A stretch of DNA of 64,000 nucleotides from Opitutales bacterium (GCA_049599475.1 JBMYOQ010000008.1:32001-96000); one strand, 5' to 3'. Positions 48,604 to 58,531 are shown, counted from the stretch's first letter. Numbers and translations: made by a program. Notes: generated by a model not told the origin, from the sequence alone.

Positions 48604-49254
48604 TTACCCTGCGTTTTCGGACGCGGAAACCAAATTGTGCTTAATGGCGTAGCGGGTAAGGCCCGCGACATCGTGAATGCCGAGTTTCCGCATGATATTC
48701 GTGCGATGAGTATCTGCGGTTCGAGCGCTGATGAAAAGCTTTTGGGCAATTTCCTTATTACTGTAGCTCTCAGCGATCAGTTGTACGATCTCCCTCTCGC
48801 GTGGTGTGAGGGATTCTACAGAATCGTCGACCCCGCCGTTCATCATGATTTCCTGCATGGCCTCCATGATACGGGGGCCAAAGAACGTGCGTCCGCCTGC
48901 GACTTGTTCGATTGCTTTGCGCAGCTCTGAAAGGCTGGCGTTCTTCTCAATGAAACCGGCGACTCCGGCTTTCAAAATACGGTTTACGGTATTGCGGTCG
49001 GTGAGCCCTGAAAAGACCAGTATATTTGTCTCGGGCATATCGCGCTTCAAGTGATGAATAACTTCTACTCCGTTCAGTTCCGGAAGCATAATGTCGAGAA
49101 TCACCAAATCGGGCAGTTCGCGATTGCAGAGTTTGATTCCCTCGTGGCCATCTCCTGTGGATCCTGCCAGCTCGAGCATGGGTAGACCCTCTAGCATCTC
49201 CGCGATCAGTTCACGGAGGATTGTTTGATCTTCGATTACAACCACCTTATTCAT
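48604..49254 (-). CDS. NarL/LuxR-family response regulator
   Basis: VVVIEDQ, LVILDIMLP and LTPREREI...SNKEIAQKL.IS.RT..THR.NIM.KL. Confidence 0.95.
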   Translation of the reverse strand: MNKVVVIEDQTILRELIAEMLEGLPMLELAGSTGDGHEGIKLCNRELPDLVILDIMLPELNGVEVIHHLKRDMPETNILVFSGLTDRNTVNRILKAGVAGFIEKNASLSELRKAIEQVAGGRTFFGPRIMEAMQEIMMNGGVDDSVESLTPREREIVQLIAESYSNKEIAQKLFISARTADTHRTNIMRKLGIHDVAGLTRYAIKHNLVSASENAG

Positions 49255-49330
49255 CGCTCTAAAAGTCGCTCTTTTGGATGCGTGCTTGAGCGCTAAGTGA
49301 TCTTAGAGGTCGATTATTTACTGAGATATT

Positions 49331-49783
49331 TTAGGACTGAGCGGCTCCGTAGACCGCGTCTTCGAGCCTGTCGCGCAGTCTGCGAGCTCCACCGGCCAGG
49401 TGTTCAATGCGATGAAATTCGCCGTTTTTCGTCTCGATCTTTAGCTTTTTATCGGCTTGATCGTAGTGAAGACGCTCTATGTCGGTGAACTTTAGAAAGG
49501 TGCGGCTTCGAGGTTTGATGAGGGCAAGGCCTTCATCATAGAGTTCAATTTTGCGAGGGCCCTGGATGTGGTTAATTTGAAAAACGATGGTAGCGCAAAA
49601 CGCGATAACCGTGGCTATGATTAGCAACGGAGACCAATTCAGAGGTATGCTCGATATGATGACTACGGCACATATAATCATCGCGGCGCAGGAAAGCTGC
49701 GTTTGAGCTGTAAATAATTGGCGGTTATATGTGCGAATCGGTTTTGATAACTCCAATCGGGTGCGATCAGATTTTTCGTTCAT
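49331..49783 (-). CDS. Hypothetical 2-TM membrane protein with C-terminal beta (PH-like) domain
   Basis: Two hydrophobic segments. Clear paralog of 50126..50575. Confidence 0.65.
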   Translation of the reverse strand: MNEKSDRTRLELSKPIRTYNRQLFTAQTQLSCAAMIICAVVIISSIPLNWSPLLIIATVIAFCATIVFQINHIQGPRKIELYDEGLALIKPRSRTFLKFTDIERLHYDQADKKLKIETKNGEFHRIEHLAGGARRLRDRLEDAVYGAAQS

Positions 49784-50125
49784 GCAGGGGGATGAATGAG
49801 AGTTATATTCTAGGAAAGCGTACTTCCGCGGAGAACGTCAGTGCACTAAGCATTTAGAGAGGGGACTTTCCATAGTGATGAATAAAAAATTCGTGAGAGG
49901 TTTAGCAAATGATTTACCTCTTTTATCATTTAACATGTTTGCGTATGAAGATTAGACGTTTCGAAACGTTTCCAGAGATGCGCTGTCTAGCTACCAAGGA
50001 TTGATGGAACGTTTATGGCTTAAGTGATAAGCTGTTATCGAAAACGACCGGTGAGCTTTAACTCAAGTTAATAATGTTACTCCTGGATGGAGGCGCCCTA
50101 GGTCAAACCTCTTCTGTTCGCAGTT

Positions 50126-50575
50126 CTAAATCGTCTGCCCGTAAACCGCTTTCTCAAGATGATACATGAGGCGGTTCATATCGACTCGAAGATTGTCGAT
50201 TTGTAGGAACTCTCCCGATTTGGTCTCTATTCGCAGTCGATTCGTCTCTCGATTTGCGTGTAGGCGCTCAATTTTCGCATAGCTGAGCTCGGCTCGCTTC
50301 ATGATACTGGTTAGAACGACGCTCGATTCATATAGTTCTATTTTGAAGAAACGCTTTACGTGAAAACTTAGGAGCGCGACTGAAATGAGAATAAGTCCAC
50401 CCGCTACGAGTGCGTAAGTGAGTGGCCATGCGAAGATTACTTTGCATACGATTAGCACAATCGCTGCGATAATGAGTGCGTATGAGAGGTGAAACCCTGG
50501 GGTCAGCAATACTCCGTGGTAGGTTCTGAAAGGCTCGGGTGTGTGTGTAGAGTCTGTATCTTCTTGTGCGGGCAT
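50126..50575 (-). CDS. Hypothetical 2-TM membrane protein with C-terminal beta (PH-like) domain
   Basis: Shares KIELY, IERLH, IETK.GEF and LE.AVYG with 49331..49783. Confidence 0.65.
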   Translation of the reverse strand: MPAQEDTDSTHTPEPFRTYHGVLLTPGFHLSYALIIAAIVLIVCKVIFAWPLTYALVAGGLILISVALLSFHVKRFFKIELYESSVVLTSIMKRAELSYAKIERLHANRETNRLRIETKSGEFLQIDNLRVDMNRLMYHLEKAVYGQTI

Positions 50576-50623
50576 CCGTTGCTAATCGTACTAACGTTTG
50601 AGCCAATAAAAATGGCCTTTTGT

Positions 50624-51175
50624 TTACAAGAAATTACCGATAGAGGAATCTAGTTTGAAGGATTGTATGGGTTCGTAATTATTCCCGGTGGGGCGAGCTA
50701 TACTTTCGTAAAGTTGGAACTCAGATATGTATATCGAAAGCTTGTGCCAATCATTGAATGATTTGAGCAATTGGCGTATGGATTCGTGAGCCTGGCTTGA
50801 ACAACGTGCGAGGGTAATGTGCGGGCTGTAAGGGCGGAGGTCGGGTTGAATGCCGGACGCGTAAAGGGAATCTTGGATCTTCTTATAGAGTTGAAACAGG
50901 TGCGGATGGCCTTGTCCCACACCTGCCCACAGGACTCTCGGTGCATCCACTTTGGGAAACACGCCTAGTCCCTGGATCGGGAGGAAAAATGCTCGGACAC
51001 TGATTTGTTTCAGCACCTCAACGACGCGATCTTCATCTGCGTCTCCGAGAAATTTCAGAGTGATGTGATACTGGTCGGGACGTTTCCAGCTGACTCCGGG
51101 AATCTCTTCAATGAGTTCTTGTAGAATGGTCCGAATGTTCTCGGGGATATCAATCGCTATGAATAATCTGCGCAC
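50624..51175 (-). CDS. thpR: RNA 2',3'-cyclic phosphodiesterase (2H phosphoesterase)
   Basis: RLFIAI and two HxT motifs (YHITLKFLG, PHITLAR). Confidence 0.93.
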   Translation of the reverse strand: MRRLFIAIDIPENIRTILQELIEEIPGVSWKRPDQYHITLKFLGDADEDRVVEVLKQISVRAFFLPIQGLGVFPKVDAPRVLWAGVGQGHPHLFQLYKKIQDSLYASGIQPDLRPYSPHITLARCSSQAHESIRQLLKSFNDWHKLSIYISEFQLYESIARPTGNNYEPIQSFKLDSSIGNFL

Positions 51176-51243
51176 AATTTATCCGACGATACGAGCTATC
51201 GCCGGCTTTTCAAAAATGCGACGAGTTAAAATGCGCTTTGGCT

Positions 51244-52410
51244 CTACAGGCTTGTCGCAGCGCTCATTTTACCCACTAGGATTTCGCGATCAGAGTTATC
51301 CGATTTTCCCACGAGTGATACGTGGCTCGCTTCTTCAGCATCGGCGTTGAAAGTAAACGTTGCGTTGCCGCGCGACGTGAAGATTTCACGTTCGGAACTC
51401 GGGTCGCCATACAGGTAGATCAACGTATCTACATCCACGATTCCCGCTAAGTTGTGCTCCAGAGCTATTTCTTTAAACGCAGCGGGTATCCATGCTCCAT
51501 TGTCGACTGAATTGAGCGTGGTCAATGCGTAGCTTAGGCGGAAATTATAGTCCTCAGGAAGAGCGGAAAGGCGCTCGAAGAAGTTGCTGGTATCCTCGAG
51601 TTGCAGAGGGCTTTTAGCGATCGAGGCATTGGAGGTTTCGACTACGTTGATGATCTGCTTAAGCTTCCAGGAAATCGGATCAACAATATGGATCGAAATA
51701 AGATCGGGGAGTTTTTGACCTTCTGGACTTGTTGAAGCTATGCCGTAAATGAGGGCGTGTTTGGCTTGGATCGGTTGGCCTTCGTAGAAGAGTTGATTGC
51801 TCTTCAATCCAATTTTCCCTGCCGGCTTGAGGCTGAAGCGCGTGCCATCTAGGCGAATAAGATGCTCGCGGATATTTTGGGTCCAATCGTCGAGGGTGAC
51901 CGCTTGGCGTTCTTCAATTGTGTAAATCGCGTCGAAAATGATTTGGCTATAGCCGAGGCTGTAGGAGGATTCGATAATACGGGCTGCGAGGTCGGCTTGA
52001 ATGGCGTCACTGGACGGTTTTGCTTCAAAGGCACTGGTGTATTTTACCGATGGAGTCGTCTCTTCTGAGGTGGCTGGTTGCCGTCTGCTGATCGCTGCAT
52101 CTCTGAGTCCCTGCAGAGTTTTCTCGCCCTCAGCTATCGCGGCTTCCCCTTTGCTAATCAGCTCTTTGCCCGCTGCGTGAGCTCGAGCAACCGAGTCTTT
52201 TTGGGTGCTCGAAGAGTCCGTTCGATTCAAATACCATTCGCCCGATTTAATGTCGGAGGCACCTTTCTCTTTTTGGGCAACGGCCTTTTCCCACCGGATT
52301 TTTTCTCCAGTGGTGAGTTCGTTGTAAATTTCATTATCGCTCGCATTTGCGAAGCCAAGGGTGCAGCACAGTAGCGATATAAGGACAGCGGAGGAGAACT
52401 TGATATTCAT
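51244..52410 (-). CDS. Hypothetical secreted protein
   Basis: 388 aa ORF with signal peptide (FANA|S) and a helical N-terminal region. Confidence 0.65.
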   Translation of the reverse strand: MNIKFSSAVLISLLCCTLGFANASDNEIYNELTTGEKIRWEKAVAQKEKGASDIKSGEWYLNRTDSSSTQKDSVARAHAAGKELISKGEAAIAEGEKTLQGLRDAAISRRQPATSEETTPSVKYTSAFEAKPSSDAIQADLAARIIESSYSLGYSQIIFDAIYTIEERQAVTLDDWTQNIREHLIRLDGTRFSLKPAGKIGLKSNQLFYEGQPIQAKHALIYGIASTSPEGQKLPDLISIHIVDPISWKLKQIINVVETSNASIAKSPLQLEDTSNFFERLSALPEDYNFRLSYALTTLNSVDNGAWIPAAFKEIALEHNLAGIVDVDTLIYLYGDPSSEREIFTSRGNATFTFNADAEEASHVSLVGKSDNSDREILVGKMSAATSL

Positions 52411-52557
52411 CGAGTTGTCGGGGTATTGTGATTCAGAGGTTTACTGTAGTGTTGAAGATTTAAACGTCGTTATAACCGAAGTAAACTTTGATATCGCGAA
52501 GAATTAGACTCCTTTTTGACAGGGGAATCATCCGCTTTGTTCAACAACTGTTGCGTT

Positions 52558-53640
52558 TTAGGCTATTTGCGCGGAGCACGATAGGGCTTCCGGAGTCTCG
52601 CAATTGGGTCGCGCGACGAGCCCGGGGTAAGGTTCCTCTGGGTAAGGAATTTCAGACTTTCCATCCTCTATCATATAACGATCGCAGACTTTTAGGAGGT
52701 CCGCCGTCGTGCGCGCTCTCCGCATCTCATAGAGGAAATGTCCATTGGGCTCGATGCTCGTGCCGACAAAGTTGACGAATTTTTTCATTCGGCCATTCCA
52801 AAGGCGGTCAGGGTGGTTCTCTTTGAAAGTCGCGACTTGGATCTTATCTACGTATTCACGGACGTCGCCAAGAGTTGGGCGAAATACTTCTCTACCTGAA
52901 TAGTGGTCTCGTATCTGTCTGAAAATCCATGGATTTCGTATGGCGGCTCGGCCCACCATGAGACCCGCTCCACCAACCTGTTTTTGCACCTCAACAGCTT
53001 TGGTTACCGAGGAGACTTCTCCATTCGCCAAAAGCGGGCACTTCACAGTGTCTGCCGCTTTGCGGATTAGGTCATAATGAACAGCGCTCTTATAACCCTC
53101 ATGAACGGTGCGGCCGTGCAGTGAAAGTAGGTCCACCTCGCAATCGTTGATGACCTGTAGGAGCTCTTCGAACTGTTCCCAATCGGCAAAGCCGACGCGC
53201 ATTTTTACGGTGAACGTCTCGGGGATTGCCTCTCGAAGACAGCTGACAACTCGACGCATTTCACTGACATCTCGGAGCAATCCGCCGCCGACGTTTTTCT
53301 TGTAGACCTTGGGTGCTGGGCAGCCGAGATTTAAATCTATGCCGGCTATCGGCAGCCCTTTTAGGGCTTTCACAGTGCGTCTTAGAGGTTCCTCAGCTTC
53401 TCCGATTAGCTGAGCGAAAACAGGGCGCCTCGTTCCATGATCCGTGATCGAAGAGACAATATGTGGCTCCGGCTTTGAATGCTCTGTTACTCTGAAATAC
53501 TCTGTGAAAAACCAATCAGGTGGTCCGGTCTCCCCAATCAACTTCATGAAAGGAAGCGTCGTTACGTCTTGCATCGGTGCGAGCGCGGTAACAGGTCCGC
53601 TCGGCTCGATGGTAGCGGGAAGTTTAGGTGAAATTTCCAA
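52558..53640 (-). CDS. tRNA-dihydrouridine synthase family protein
   Basis: LAPMQDVT, IDLNLGCP, VKMRVG, LHGRT, ANGEV and MVGRAAIRNPWIF. Confidence 0.92.
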   Translation of the reverse strand: MEISPKLPATIEPSGPVTALAPMQDVTTLPFMKLIGETGPPDWFFTEYFRVTEHSKPEPHIVSSITDHGTRRPVFAQLIGEAEEPLRRTVKALKGLPIAGIDLNLGCPAPKVYKKNVGGGLLRDVSEMRRVVSCLREAIPETFTVKMRVGFADWEQFEELLQVINDCEVDLLSLHGRTVHEGYKSAVHYDLIRKAADTVKCPLLANGEVSSVTKAVEVQKQVGGAGLMVGRAAIRNPWIFRQIRDHYSGREVFRPTLGDVREYVDKIQVATFKENHPDRLWNGRMKKFVNFVGTSIEPNGHFLYEMRRARTTADLLKVCDRYMIEDGKSEIPYPEEPYPGLVARPNCETPEALSCSAQIA

Positions 53641-53665
53641 GGTTAGGAAGTTTGGAATTCCGGAC

Positions 53666-54127
53666 TCAATCTCCCGGCGATTGGTCCTGTTGCTGTTTCA
53701 GGATCTTGTCCAAAATCTCAGTCATATCGTCGACTAGATCGAGTACTTTGGAAGAGACGTAAATGGACTGTTTTCGCTGCAGAGCGAGCACGATACAGTC
53801 ACTAGGACGGGCATCGATCTCGACGATTTTGGTGCCGAGTTCATTAGACATCTTTAGAACAAGCCGAGCATAGTAGGTCCCATCCTCGAAATCGCTGATG
53901 ATTACCCGTTCTATTTCTACCTGAAATCCATCGAAAATGTGGCCGATTAGGTCGTGCGTGAAAGGACGCTCTTTCTTTACGGCGTTGAGGGTCATCGAAA
54001 TCGTGCTTCCGATTCCTTGGTCTACATAAATGACGAAGGTCTTCTCGTCATTGCCCAGGAATATCGCACACCCGCTTGAGGTGGGCATGACTCCTTTGAT
54101 TTCTACGGCCGATTGCTGTGAATCCAT
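53666..54127 (-). CDS. Bifunctional nuclease family protein (DUF151)
   Basis: RPFTHDL, GTYYARL and IDARPSD.IVLAL. Confidence 0.92.
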   Translation of the reverse strand: MDSQQSAVEIKGVMPTSSGCAIFLGNDEKTFVIYVDQGIGSTISMTLNAVKKERPFTHDLIGHIFDGFQVEIERVIISDFEDGTYYARLVLKMSNELGTKIVEIDARPSDCIVLALQRKQSIYVSSKVLDLVDDMTEILDKILKQQQDQSPGD

Positions 54128-54196
54128 TGCTGCCTATGGTCGGTATTTTTGGGTTCCGATCAAGCATTTGCCTCCTATATGAAGGAATAACTTTGA

Positions 54197-55327
54197 TTAG
54201 GCTGTGCTTGCCTCATGGGCTTGGGATCTCAAGGCGCTTTCAGAGTGCTTCCGATTACTTGAGATGAACGCGTATAATTCGCTGAAAGCTTCCCGCTCGT
54301 TTTCGGAATGAGAGTTTTCATTAAAAATTTTAGCCGCTTTATCGAACAGGCTCTGTATTTCCGATTTTAATGCAGCGAATGTGGGTTCTGACTGGAGGAG
54401 TGAATGCAGGCGTCGTTGATGTTCGAGAGCGGAGAGTTTCCCAGACAATACGCTATTCATAAAGGCTTGGTCATCGCTGCTCAGACTCGGATAGAGGCGA
54501 CGTAGGTAGAGCGTTTTAACGCCGCATTGAAGGTCGTAGGCCACGTCTTTGAAGGCATCGAAATCCAAGCTGATTTCATGGAGATCATTCTCGATTTGAA
54601 ATGCTATGCCGATGGGTAACGACGCCTGTTTAATTGTTTGCATGACGTTTCCTCGCGCGTTTGCGAGCAAAGCGCCTAAGACGAGGGGGCTCTCAAAAGT
54701 GTAGATCGCAGTCTTTAGCTCGTAGACAGAGTAAATCCAACTCTCATGGACTTCAGGGATGGGTTGATCCCACAGGTGAATCTCTAGGGCTTCGCCGGCA
54801 CCGGTGAGCTGAATCATCCGCGAAAAATAGCGCACGAGTTCGCGCTGAGTGGGGCCATCAATTGATTCGTGGACTAAGAGCTCAAAGACATATCCCTGGA
54901 GGATGTCCCCCATGACGATCGCTGAGCACTCGGCGTTTCTCGGGCGAATCGAAGGCAAATTCTCGATATGCTTGTGTAGCGTTGGCTCACCTCGCCGCGA
55001 TGACGATTGATCGATCACATCGTCATGGATCAGCAGAAAAGCGTGGAAAACCTCCAGAGCTACCGCGATTTGAGTGACATGGGATGGGAGTGTTTCCTTC
55101 TCGAAGCCAGATAAAGCGCGAAAGCTACCTGCAAACAGAAGCGGTCGGATCCGCTTTCCTGGGCTCATTACGACTTTAAACAGGGCGTCCAAATAAGGTT
55201 CGAGGGCGGGGTATTTCTCAAGCCTGTGGCGTTGCTCGATGAGCGCTTCTTCGAGGCATTTTTCGATCTGTTCGCGGTCTCGCATCATAGCGTCGCGCAG
55301 AACATAACTTTTCGGGGAAGCGTTCAT
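54197..55327 (-). CDS. Polyprenyl synthetase family protein
   Basis: GKRIRP, FARM LIHDDVID.S..RRG.PT, GD and LKTA.Y. The second motif is altered (FQIENDLHE). Confidence 0.88.
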   Translation of the reverse strand: MNASPKSYVLRDAMMRDREQIEKCLEEALIEQRHRLEKYPALEPYLDALFKVVMSPGKRIRPLLFAGSFRALSGFEKETLPSHVTQIAVALEVFHAFLLIHDDVIDQSSSRRGEPTLHKHIENLPSIRPRNAECSAIVMGDILQGYVFELLVHESIDGPTQRELVRYFSRMIQLTGAGEALEIHLWDQPIPEVHESWIYSVYELKTAIYTFESPLVLGALLANARGNVMQTIKQASLPIGIAFQIENDLHEISLDFDAFKDVAYDLQCGVKTLYLRRLYPSLSSDDQAFMNSVLSGKLSALEHQRRLHSLLQSEPTFAALKSEIQSLFDKAAKIFNENSHSENEREAFSELYAFISSNRKHSESALRSQAHEASTA

Positions 55328-55428
55328 GAGACTACTTGTGTGTAGAGTTTCTAGCAAATTGCAAACCGCCGCTTCTCCAAATCCAATTTTGTTTGAGTCG
55401 GTAGGTGAGTCCTACCACCTTCATTCAG

Positions 55429-55983
55429 ATGCGAAAGATGCGGGATGACGCTGTAAACTTATACCTAGTGGGCTTTATGGGCACTGGTAAATCAACCATA
55501 GGCAGGCGCGTCGCTGAGGAATTAAAAATGCGGTTTGTTGATTCAGATCATGCGATCGAGAAGAAATACCGCATGGCTATCCCGGAGATTTTTGAAAAGC
55601 ACGGTGAGGCACATTTCAGGGCACTGGAACGAGAATTTGTCGACACGGGTCACCCCAAGCGAGGCATGGTTGTCGCCTGTGGAGGTGGACTTGTTGTTCA
55701 GGACGGAATGCTCGAAACGCTAGAAAACAAGGGGATCGTCGTTTGCCTAGTAGCATCTGAGGAGACGATCATCCAGCGAGTGTCTTCGAATCCCAACCGT
55801 CCATTGCTTAATGTCGATGATCAGCGGGAGCGCATCCGTAAGCTCATTGCAGAGCGAGAGCCTATTTACCGCAAGGTGAACACCCAATTGATGACTGATA
55901 TGCGTCCAGTCCCCAGTGTCGTGGGGCATTTGGCACGGACTTATCTACACGAAGCGGCTCGTTTTAAAAACCGTTCAGCCTAG
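55429..55983 (+). CDS. aroK: Shikimate kinase
   Basis: GFMGTGKST, GEAHFR, GGG, RPLL and REPIY. Confidence 0.95.
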   Translation: MRKMRDDAVNLYLVGFMGTGKSTIGRRVAEELKMRFVDSDHAIEKKYRMAIPEIFEKHGEAHFRALEREFVDTGHPKRGMVVACGGGLVVQDGMLETLENKGIVVCLVASEETIIQRVSSNPNRPLLNVDDQRERIRKLIAEREPIYRKVNTQLMTDMRPVPSVVGHLARTYLHEAARFKNRSA

Positions 55984-58304
55984 GCTGCCGCGTGGCTGTT
56001 GCCTGTGGATTTGTGCTGATACAGGTTTGCTGGATCCAGAATCAGGGCAATGTTGCCGTCGCCTAAAATGGCTCCGCCTGCCACACCTTTGATGCGTCCG
56101 AGAAGGTTTCCGAGATTCTTAATGACGACCTCTTGCTTAGAAATCATTTCGTCGACGAGCAGGGCTACGGGGCGAGATGCAGTCTCTATAATTACCAAGA
56201 TGCCTTGGGAAATATCTTGTTGCGCGTCCTGGATGTCGAAGGAGTTGTGCAGGCGCACGTTAGGTACGGTGTTTCCTCGGAGGTCGAGGACTTCCATGTT
56301 TCCTTGAATGGTCGATAGCTGATCCGCTTCAGGTTTGAGGGCCACCTTGACGGTCGGCGTTGGAAGGATGAAGCGTTCGAAACCGACACGCACCACGAGG
56401 CCGTCAATGATTGCCATCGTAAGCGGAAGTTTAATGCGGAATGTGGTGCCCATTCCTACCACAGAATCGACTTCTACCGAGCCGCGCAGGCTCTCGATGT
56501 TTCGGCGGACAACATCCATGCCTACACCACGGCCTGAAAGGTCTGTGACTGTCTCAGCGGTGGAGAATCCTGGGGCAAAAATAAGTAGGCGCTTGTCGCT
56601 GTCGCTGAGCTTTTCATCTGGGCCCACAATGCCTCGCTCAACGGCCTTAGCGAAAATTTTGTCAGCATCGATACCACGACCATCATCTGACATTTCGATG
56701 ACAATGTTCCCGCCCCTGTGATACGCTTTGAGAAGAATGGTTCCTGCTGCTGGCTTACCGGCTTCGGTGCGCTCTTCAGGGGTGGCTTCGATGCCGTGAT
56801 CGATCGCATTACGGATCATGTGGACGAGAGGGTCTCCGATCATTTCGATCACATTGCGATCGAGTTCGGTTTCCTCACCGTCGGTCTCTAAATTTATGGT
56901 TTTCCCCAGGTCATTTGAGATGTCCCGTACCATACGGCCTGCTTTTTGGAAAGTGGGCTTGATGGGTAACATCCTCAGTGCCATTGACGAATGTTGAAGC
57001 TCTTTGGTGATCCGAGATAGTTGGGCGACCCCGCGTTGAAGGGCGACGGTGTCCGTCTTCTCAGTGCTAGCACTTTCTTGGATCTGGCTTTGCACGATGA
57101 CAAGTTCGCCCACCATATCCATCAAATTGTCGAGCTTGCCCGTATTTACACGAATGAAAGATTCGTCCTTTATGGGGGCTCGGCGAGCTGGTTTTTTCGC
57201 TTCCTTTTTCGCTGGTTTGGTAGCTGGTTCTTTACTTGCAGCTGCCGGAGCTGGTGCAGATGCAACGGGTGTGGGTTCTGCAGGTGCCGCCGCAGGTTCT
57301 GCTTGAGGAGTCGGCTCTGCTTTCTCCGAAGACGCTTCAGTTGTCTCAGGTTTGTGAGCGAAGAAAGATTGAGCGAGCTCCAAGGTTGTAGGCAATGCTT
57401 CCTTGGAATCCACTTTGTCCGAAATCAGATAGCCTTCGTCGGGTGAGCTAGTGCTGTCTTCTTCTGAGCCGTCTTGGGCTTCCGCTGCTTTATTCACCTC
57501 CCAGATAATATGGGAGACTTTTACGACCTCTGAGGGCAAAGTCCCGTCCGACAGACAGTCTGCAATTTGGCTGTTAATGACTTCGATCGCGTCTTTGCCT
57601 TCTAGAATGCCGCTCACCAGACGCGAGTTGAGAACAATTTCTTTGTTTCGTGCGCGGTCTAAGACCGACTCTAGGTTGTGAGCCAGTTTTTGGAGCGGCA
57701 CGAGTCTCAAAAATCCGGCAACGCCTTTGATCGTGTGGAACGAACGGAATAGAGAATTCAGGCTCTCGTCATCGTCGGGATCCTTCTCGATGGTCAAAAG
57801 GGCAGCTTCGATCTGCTCGACATGATCATTTGCCTCTGTGTGAAATTCTTGGAGAAGTTCTAGGTCTTCCTCTGGATCGAGCTCAAGGAGGATATCGACC
57901 TCCTTTTCCAGTGCCGCGATTTCTTCACCGGAAGGTTCTTCGGATTTGGGCTTTGATTCTTCTACCGGGGCGGCAGGAGCATTATCAGACTGGAAAGGGA
58001 AGGGTTCTTCGCCGTTGGATGCTTGAGTCAACGCGAGCTGCGACCAGTTTACGAACGATTGGACAAATTCAATTTCTTGATGGCTCCAAGTCGGTTCTAC
58101 GTCGAGACGCTGGTCCAGTGCCCGAGTTACTTGTTTGGCGGCATCTGAAAAAGGCTGAGCTCCATCCATGTTGGAGAGCTCTGAGAGTAGGGAAAACGCA
58201 GGGATGAGCCCCGTATCTGATCCGTCCTGGGCGAGGATCGACTCGGTCGCTATTTGATTTATGAGGTTTCCGATTTCGGATAGGTTCTCTTTAAGTGTTG
58301 GCAT
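55980..58304 (-). CDS. cheA: Chemotaxis histidine kinase CheA
   Basis: HPt FRSFHTIKG, dimerisation region LD.LMDMVGELV, HMIRNAIDHG, SGRGVGMDVV and a C-terminal CheW-like domain. Confidence 0.96.
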   Translation of the reverse strand: MPTLKENLSEIGNLINQIATESILAQDGSDTGLIPAFSLLSELSNMDGAQPFSDAAKQVTRALDQRLDVEPTWSHQEIEFVQSFVNWSQLALTQASNGEEPFPFQSDNAPAAPVEESKPKSEEPSGEEIAALEKEVDILLELDPEEDLELLQEFHTEANDHVEQIEAALLTIEKDPDDDESLNSLFRSFHTIKGVAGFLRLVPLQKLAHNLESVLDRARNKEIVLNSRLVSGILEGKDAIEVINSQIADCLSDGTLPSEVVKVSHIIWEVNKAAEAQDGSEEDSTSSPDEGYLISDKVDSKEALPTTLELAQSFFAHKPETTEASSEKAEPTPQAEPAAAPAEPTPVASAPAPAAASKEPATKPAKKEAKKPARRAPIKDESFIRVNTGKLDNLMDMVGELVIVQSQIQESASTEKTDTVALQRGVAQLSRITKELQHSSMALRMLPIKPTFQKAGRMVRDISNDLGKTINLETDGEETELDRNVIEMIGDPLVHMIRNAIDHGIEATPEERTEAGKPAAGTILLKAYHRGGNIVIEMSDDGRGIDADKIFAKAVERGIVGPDEKLSDSDKRLLIFAPGFSTAETVTDLSGRGVGMDVVRRNIESLRGSVEVDSVVGMGTTFRIKLPLTMAIIDGLVVRVGFERFILPTPTVKVALKPEADQLSTIQGNMEVLDLRGNTVPNVRLHNSFDIQDAQQDISQGILVIIETASRPVALLVDEMISKQEVVIKNLGNLLGRIKGVAGGAILGDGNIALILDPANLYQHKSTGNSHAAA

Positions 58305-58344
58305 AACTGTGCTGGCTCGTAGCTCGGGTTTCGCGATTGTGTGA

Positions 58345-58371
58345 TAGTCGGATTCCTAACGTTGCCCTTGA
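58345..58371 (-). promoter_or_regulatory. Putative sigma28 (FliA)-type promoter of cheA
   Basis: Minus strand reads TCAAG-N14-TCCGACTA, about 40 nt upstream of the cheA ATG. Confidence 0.55.
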
Positions 58372-58531
58372 ACCTTTTTCTGGAATGGCACTCTTATGCC
58401 GGGGTTTTTTTGACGAAACGCTCCAAATTCACCCTAGAGAACGGGTAGACCAGTCTCCGGCACGCGCTGTGCTAAACGTTCGTCGCTGCTCTCCACAGAG
58501 GTAGCATGAAGGAATTCAACCCTTTCAAAAG

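Noticed and set aside
58386..58400. Sigma54-like TGGCAC...TGC
   Set aside because: GG-to-GC spacing is 9 nt rather than the required 10.
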